A program made the position numbers and the translations under genes. This document shows positions 26,612-28,668 of a DNA stretch of 28,668 bases, one piece after another. How positions within the stretch are numbered: position 1 is the stretch's first letter; each line of letters opens with the position of its first letter. The stretch is from the NCBI GenBank assembly GCA_964491675.1, contig CAZBHA010000001.1, positions 2,346-31,013 of the forward strand, given 5' to 3'. A model generated the notes under the pieces. That model worked only from the letters and a program-made list of their open reading frames with translations. It did not search any database and was not told the DNA's origin. The stretch is from an uncultured archaeon. Lineage in GTDB: Archaea; Iainarchaeota; Iainarchaeia; Iainarchaeales; JAAZKV01.

Positions 26612-27121
26612 ATGAAAGGCTTTTTTAGTTTTATAATTGTTCTTTTTATAATAATTTTTTTATTAAATATCACAACATTTTTTAATGAAGAAACACACAA
26701 AAAACAAGAAATAATAAATCAATTAATTGAAATAGAATATTTTACAAAAGAAAGAACTTTGCTTGAAAATAATGTTGATAATTTAATCAAAATAAAACTT
26801 GATGAACAATTAAAAAGCAGTAATTTTGATTTGATTTTTGCAAAACAAAATATAAATAACTCACTTTTTAATTTTTTAAAAAATAAATCAAAAGAAAGTG
26901 ACATTTTTTTAGAAAATGAAAAAGCATTAACTCTAGATTTTTTAAATCAAACAACTAGTTTAGAAATTTTTGAAACCAAAAATATAAAATACGCACAATT
27001 TGTTTTCACATCCAATATTTTAAAAAATAAAAATATTTCAAAAGTATTTGGAAAAGATTTTGAAATAATATTTAAAATTCCAATAGGATATTTGAAAAGG
27101 ACAGTGATAATTAATGCATAA
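26612..27121 (+). CDS. Pilin-like protein with minimal class III signal peptide
   Basis: MKG|FFSFIIVLFIIIFLL: KG cleavage-type motif followed by a hydrophobic helix; no Glu at +5. Confidence 0.55.
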   Translation: MKGFFSFIIVLFIIIFLLNITTFFNEETHKKQEIINQLIEIEYFTKERTLLENNVDNLIKIKLDEQLKSSNFDLIFAKQNINNSLFNFLKNKSKESDIFLENEKALTLDFLNQTTSLEIFETKNIKYAQFVFTSNILKNKNISKVFGKDFEIIFKIPIGYLKRTVIINA

Positions 27122-27431
27122 TTTAGAAGCAATAATTGCACTGATTGTTTTATTTTCTTTTTTTGGAATCATACTGACGAATATTTCAATTCAAAATAAT
27201 TATTTTTCTGAATTTACTATAAAACGAGAAAATTTAATAAATTCAATAAAATGCGTTACAATAATTGATTTTGTTTTTGCTAATTCCATAAAAAATGCAA
27301 ATATTTCAAGTTGTTTTGGAGAAGAAAATAATATTTTTATTAAAAATTCAAATAAAAAAATAAAAATAATTACTAATATACAAAATGACAATTTTTTACG
27401 AGTTGAGATTAATGAGCATTATATTGAATAA
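27114..27431 (+). CDS. Pilin-like membrane protein lacking an obvious leader
   Basis: MHNLEAIIALIVLFSFFGII has Glu at position 5 and a hydrophobic helix; overlaps both neighbours. Confidence 0.55.
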   Translation: MHNLEAIIALIVLFSFFGIILTNISIQNNYFSEFTIKRENLINSIKCVTIIDFVFANSIKNANISSCFGEENNIFIKNSNKKIKIITNIQNDNFLRVEINEHYIE

Positions 27432-27894
27432 AAACAAATCCCAAAAAGGAATGAGTTTTACAATAGATACTATTTTTAGTGTTTTAATAATTTTAATAAT
27501 TTTGTTTTCTTTTTCTTTTTTTATTTTTCAAAAAATATCAAATGAAACTAATTTTGAAAAACAATTTATTTTAGAACAAAAAACAATCTCTGTTGCTGAT
27601 GCAATAGTAAAAAATAATAATGAAAATTCAATGCTTGGCGCGAGTGTTATTGATTTAGATAAAAAAAGAACTTTGAGCAACATCATTTCAACAGAAAATA
27701 AAAATTTTATTAATTTAGAATTAGATGATTTTTTTATAAAAGAAATTAATTTAAAATATAAAAATAATTCTATTGAAAAATTATTTTCAAAAGAAACTAA
27801 CACAAATAATTGTTTTTCAATAGAACGATTTGTACTTGTTAGGAAAATAGAATTAAAAAAAGCAAAAATTCAAATAGTTGGTTGTTATGAATAA
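27412..27894 (+). CDS. Pilin-like protein with class III signal peptide
   Basis: MSIILNKNKSQKG|MSFTIDTIFSVLIIL, with an acidic residue just after the cleavage site. Start moved to ATG 27412. Confidence 0.65.
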   Translation: MSIILNKNKSQKGMSFTIDTIFSVLIILIILFSFSFFIFQKISNETNFEKQFILEQKTISVADAIVKNNNENSMLGASVIDLDKKRTLSNIISTENKNFINLELDDFFIKEINLKYKNNSIEKLFSKETNTNNCFSIERFVLVRKIELKKAKIQIVGCYE

Positions 27895-28225
27895 AGGTTT
27901 TGTTTTAAGTATGGAAGCAGTAATTTCATTAATTTTATTTATTTTGCTTTTTATTTCAATTCCCCAACCCCCCCAAATTTCTTTTAAAGAATTAATTGCA
28001 ATAGAACAAGCAAATGATTTACTAAAAGTTTGGTCAGTTGATTTTAAAATTGATGAACTAAAAAGCGACGTTGAATTTATGTTTAATAAAAATGTTACTT
28101 TGATTGTAGATAAAGTAGTTCTTGTTAAATCTGAATTAAACAACCAAAGTGTTTCAACAAGCGGAATAATTCTTGATAAAGCACTAAAAGAAAGAAAAAT
28201 TGAATTGATTATTTATTTTAATTAA
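27887..28225 (+). CDS. Pilin-like protein with class III signal peptide
   Basis: MNKG|FVLSMEAVISLILF; ATG 27887 overlaps the upstream stop. Confidence 0.7.
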   Translation: MNKGFVLSMEAVISLILFILLFISIPQPPQISFKELIAIEQANDLLKVWSVDFKIDELKSDVEFMFNKNVTLIVDKVVLVKSELNNQSVSTSGIILDKALKERKIELIIYFN

Positions 28226-28256
28226 TAAAAATATATTAAATTTAAATTAAAAAAAG

Positions 28257-28667
28257 TTAATTATAAAGATTTATTTTTGTATTATTATTTTCTTTTTTAA
28301 TTTCTAAATAAAACTTTTCAGTGAATTTTTTATCTAAATTTATTTGAGGATTATTTAAAATAAGTTCAAACTTTTTTTCTCCGCTAAAAACAAATATATT
28401 TTTTTGATTTATTAAAACCCTAATTTCTTTTGAAGGAATAAATTCAAATTTTTTAAAAGAATTATCAGATAAAAATACAAAAAGTTCATCATTTTCCCTA
28501 AGTGTTTGAATTATTTGTTTTGCAGTAACTGCATCAATTGCTATGAATAATTGATCTACTGAAAATGCAATTATTGGTAAAATTAAAGCAAAAACTGCAA
28601 AAAACGCAGATAGTATCAAAAGATACTCTAATGAAACCTGCCCTTTTTGTGTAATATTTAAAAACAT
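28257..28667 (-). CDS. Class III signal peptide (type IV pilin-like) protein; the start may lie beyond the window edge
   Basis: TQKG|QVSLEYLLILSAFFAVFALIL, the canonical KGQxSxE motif. Confidence 0.8.
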   Translation of the reverse strand: MFLNITQKGQVSLEYLLILSAFFAVFALILPIIAFSVDQLFIAIDAVTAKQIIQTLRENDELFVFLSDNSFKKFEFIPSKEIRVLINQKNIFVFSGEKKFELILNNPQINLDKKFTEKFYLEIKKENNNTKINLYN

Positions 28668-28668
28668 A

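Noticed and set aside
920-28143. Short or antisense ORFs in the track (e.g. 920..1129, 976..1167, 1839..2102, 6827..7159, 8031..8219, 8056..8349, 8090..8308, 10546..10746, 11382..11660, 11753..11990, 15213..15395, 16554..16781, 16905..17156, 17563..17941, 19029..19220, 24479..24763, 25946..26248, 26719..27391, 27528..27803, 27853..28143)
   Set aside because: They lie in shadow frames of well-supported genes, show the F/S/L/I-rich composition expected of reverse-complemented K/E-rich coding sequence, and have no recognisable motifs.
1-28668. tRNA, rRNA, transposase, integrase or defence genes
   Set aside because: No intergenic gap has a GC-rich structured stretch of suitable length, and no ORF shows the relevant motifs.

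Overview
Gene-dense, very AT-rich (roughly a quarter GC by eye) archaeal chromosome segment in the standard genetic code. The archaeal-type PCNA, RpoL, Csl4, membrane LonB, RFC-L, Cdc6/Orc1 and PheS/PheT genes, GGTGA/GGAGG ribosome-binding sites and TTTAAATA TATA boxes suggest a DPANN archaeon, possibly Diapherotrites-like (inference). Most of the window is housekeeping (replication, RNA processing, proteolysis, translation). It also holds an ABC-2 transporter pair, a large lipobox-bearing surface protein and a cluster of class III signal peptide (pilin-like) genes. I found no rRNA, tRNA, CRISPR array, mobile element or intein. Best candidate for an undescribed system: a two-gene unit directly downstream of cdc6. 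It encodes a 312-aa very basic protein with two HMG-box/YABBY-like repeats and a C-terminal domain that recurs (21/42 identical) as the stand-alone next gene. Other points: an acylphosphatase-like gene split by an in-frame TAA, a metallo-beta-lactamase-fold protein missing most metal ligands, a 44-aa membrane microprotein and a partial ABC permease both absent from the ORF track, a Csl4 with an N/R/G/F-rich tail, and two hairpin+U-tract terminators. All family assignments come from motif recognition, not database searches.
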